A DNA stretch of 62,869 nucleotides, the filler included, from Rhabdomonas costata (taxonomy: Eukaryota), in assembly GCA_019059605.1 (NCBI GenBank). It is 54 parts of 54 records of this genome, joined end to end, with 100 filler letters (N's around TTAATTAATTAA, not from the genome) between each part and the next. Parts side by side here need not be neighbours in the genome. Positions count along the whole stretch, not along the records: positions 59,473 to 60,538 come from JAHMHO010030466.1; positions 60,639 to 61,704 come from JAHMHO010030467.1; positions 61,805 to 62,869 come from JAHMHO010030468.1; 51 more parts are not named here. One strand, 5' to 3'. Shown in pieces: positions 59,952 to 62,869 of this stretch. Position 1 is the stretch's first letter, and the number at the start of each line of letters is the position of its first letter. The translations under genes were made by a program, and so were the position numbers. The notes under the pieces are model-generated. The model ran no database searches. It was not told the DNA's origin and worked only from the letters and a program-made list of their open reading frames with translations.

Positions 59952-62869
59952 GCATCTCCCCCCCACCCACACTGACACACCTGGCGCGCACACACACACA
60001 CATACACAAACGCAACAGCGCGGGCGCACGTCAGTCCACAGTGGTCACCAACAGTCAATCAACCAGCAGGCAACAGCCAGCGTGCTGTGCGCCCAACGCA
60101 TACAAACGCAATGCCTCAGAGAAGGTGACAAAGTCGGCTGCAGGCAGCACTGGTGGCAACGACAGTAGCAGCATAACTGACATCAACCCAACGTGAGCCC
60201 AGCACATCAGGGTGAATGGCCACGAAGATTCAGTGGCTGCCGTGGCACCGCTGCGTCAGAGGGCTCTTGAGATCAACACCCAATCCACCAGCCTATGTGT
60301 CACACCACGATCCTATGTGTCACCAGCCAGCCAACTTCAGGCGTTGCCACACCACACTAGCACAGAAGAGCAAGACATCAGCCCCACCTCAACCAGAGTG
60401 CTATGCCCACACTACCCAAACACAATGTTTGCCTCTTGTTTACCACATGACATAATTGCATGCACCAGAGACTCCCCTCCCATCCAAGCAACTCCCTACA
60501 ACCAATCGCCCGTGTGTTCCCACACACGCACACACACANNNNNNNNNNNNNNNNNNNNNNNNNNNNNNNNNNNNNNNNNNNNTTAATTAATTAANNNNNN
60601 NNNNNNNNNNNNNNNNNNNNNNNNNNNNNNNNNNNNNNGGTGGTGGTGGGCCGATGTTTCTGGATCTCACCTTCCTCCGCAGGGTTTTTTGTCCTTTGGC
60701 TTGCTTTGGGTCGTCCATCCCTCGCTTGCACGCATTCGCTTCCCAGCGGTTGAGTGGAACCCTGAGGTGGACAGACAGGCACGTCATGCGACGTAGGGGT
60801 ATGTTACTGCCCCTTTTTGTTCCCGAAGAGGGGGGGTGGTTGCTCCACTTTTTAGTTTTCTTTCGGGTGTCGTTTAGCTGTTCAGTAGATCTCATCCACC
60901 ACAGCGTCTGTATGTGTGGTGGTGGTGAAGATGTGATCCAAGGAATTGGAAAGCTCACCAAGGCGACCTTCTTTCCTGAGTCCCAGGAAATAGTCAGTGC
61001 AATCTCACCACGTGCTTCACTCCTTCCACCCAATTCCAATTCACACATTCTCAGCGGTGACCCTGCTAAGAAGCATTCCCGCCTGCACCCTTGTCCAGCC
61101 CTGCCTCAGTTGCAGTGGAGCGCCTCGGAGTCCTTCACTGCGGCCCTGTTGTGTTTCGCCCGTCTCTGGGTTTTTTCAGTTTCAGTATGTATGGTATTTT
61201 TGGCCTTCCTTCCTTCCTTCCTTCCTTCCTTTTTTGTGGCCTCTGTCTTCTTCCTTTATTTGTTCCTCGCCCCTAAAGCCGTACCTCAGTGACGGCGTCT
61301 CCCCGTTATCGAACATGGTGTGAGCCTGCTGACATCCCAAAGCCACCCCAAGCCCATCCGGAGCACTTCGTCATGCCTTGGGCCACTTCGCGTGGAATTG
61401 CGGCGCTGCCTCCTGGCACCTGCCCCCCCTCCTTCGAGCAGATGATTCTCCTCTATTGCCATCCGTCTGCACGGCAAAGGTTTTTTTTTGCCCCGCGGGA
61501 CACCTGGGTTTGGGATTGGGTTTCCATAGTTTGCTGTATCCACCGTAGGAACTGCGCGCAGTGTGTGCGCGCCACAAGTTAGAGTAGTGTCTCCTGTATG
61601 ATGGGCCTCTCAGTCCTTTGCGCTGCTTTGTTGCCCCTGCTCCAGCCACCCGATAGTTGTGAGTCTCCGGGGTAGACAGGCTGAAGCAGGGGCAACAAAA
61701 CACCNNNNNNNNNNNNNNNNNNNNNNNNNNNNNNNNNNNNNNNNNNNNTTAATTAATTAANNNNNNNNNNNNNNNNNNNNNNNNNNNNNNNNNNNNNNNN
61801 NNNNGGGGGGGTGGTGGCCTATCTGATGAGGACGCCATCAATTCCAAAAGTGTTGGAGCTACCGTTGGTGGCACACCCTCCCAAGGTGAAATGTGAAAGG
61901 TCCACTTTCCAAAAATCACACACAAAAAGCTCCAAGGCACGGGGAGAAACTCACTAGCGACCGACTAAGGGCAGGCCTCAGGCCGCCACACAGTGCTCAA
62001 GTGAGAAGCTTACAGGCAGAAGACACGGTAGTAACGGTCACGTCCTAGCAAAAGCTAGGGCGGACATCAGCGAGAAAGAGAACCAACCTGGTCGCCCTCC
62101 CTATAGTTCCTGCCAATACAGAATGGATGCCAAGGATGATTTGATCCACGCTGAAAATACCGAATCTCGCCATTTTTTCAAAGCACTTTTCAAAGCATTT
62201 TTACGCACTTCACATTCGTCCACGAATCAGCCCTTGGAAACCAAAAAGAACAAGGAAAAAAAATCCGACAATACAACTCTCTAGATGGTAATATTACTTA
62301 AAAGGTCACCAGGTCACAATTTTCAAAAGAGCAAACGGATTTTGCAAGAGCGTGAGAAGATCACGCGACCCCAAGAAAAAGTGGAGCGCAAAAATAACTT
62401 TTCATTTCGTCATTTGGAATCCAAGTCTTTTTTAGATTGTGTTTTTTTTGCTTCGTTTTCCTCGTTCTTTTACGAGCATACCCTGTAAAATTTTGAGTGG
62501 ACCCCTTCCCTTCCCCCGAGCTTTTTATTTGCTGACGATCGCATGGAGCAAACGATCCCAAAGATGGCGGCTAGCTTCACAAAAAGAAGCCGGGCACCTT
62601 GATATCAACAATATCAAGAGGAAACCGAGGCAGGTCAAGAAAACCCAATAGCCATTAGTTACCGAGGACCATGGTCCAAGGACCCAACACACCCTCCTTA
62701 CCCACTGGGGTGCCGTCCCAAATGCCTCACGGCACGCACACGGCATCCCGAGGGGCTTCCATAGAGGGGTGTGCGGGGCCCAACCCATGGCGCACCTGAA
62801 CACAGATGCAGTGAAAGAAAAAACCCTCCCTGCAGTTGACGAAACGTACCTCGTCTACTTCATCAGGCA

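Noticed and set aside
1068..61804. Regularly spaced TTAATTAATTAA motif as a CRISPR-like array, nanochromosome ends or a biological repeat
   Set aside because: It is always embedded in N runs of fixed length and is a six-frame-stop linker. The even spacing reflects concatenation of similar-length contigs.
1..62869. Any operon or gene-cluster reading of neighbouring genes (for example ART next to AAA ATPase, or PolB next to EF-hand)
   Set aside because: The neighbours are on different contigs, so adjacency is artificial.

Overview
This window is not one locus. It is 54 unrelated contigs of about 1.06-1.07 kb joined by 53 artificial 100-nt spacers (N44-TTAATTAATTAA-N44), so nothing can be inferred from neighbourhood across a spacer. 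The contigs come from an intron-rich flagellated eukaryote. Recognisable spliced gene fragments include PRP8, DNA polymerase delta, cytoplasmic dynein heavy chain, NIPBL/Scc2, IQCA/DRC11, calcyphosin, a calmodulin-like protein, a hybrid-type histidine kinase, an R-S-E ADP-ribosyltransferase, and FYVE, ankyrin, START, DUSP, Sushi, PSI, VPS13-like and midasin-like domains. There are also decayed Ty3/gypsy and Penelope-like retroelements, one internal foldback/MITE and several microsatellites. G/T-only contig ends, primer-like remnants and terminal fold-backs point to G/T-degenerate-primer whole-genome amplification. Splice donors are atypical (pyrimidine at +4, several candidate GC donors), which suggests a euglenid; that assignment is inference only. 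I found no clearly new multi-gene system. The best leads are the relaxed GT/GC donor code, a stop-free in-frame GC-AG dynein intron, a foldback element whose ends resemble euglenid nonconventional-intron boundaries, a toxin-like ART gene and a Penelope-like family. All identifications come from recalled motifs; no searches were run.
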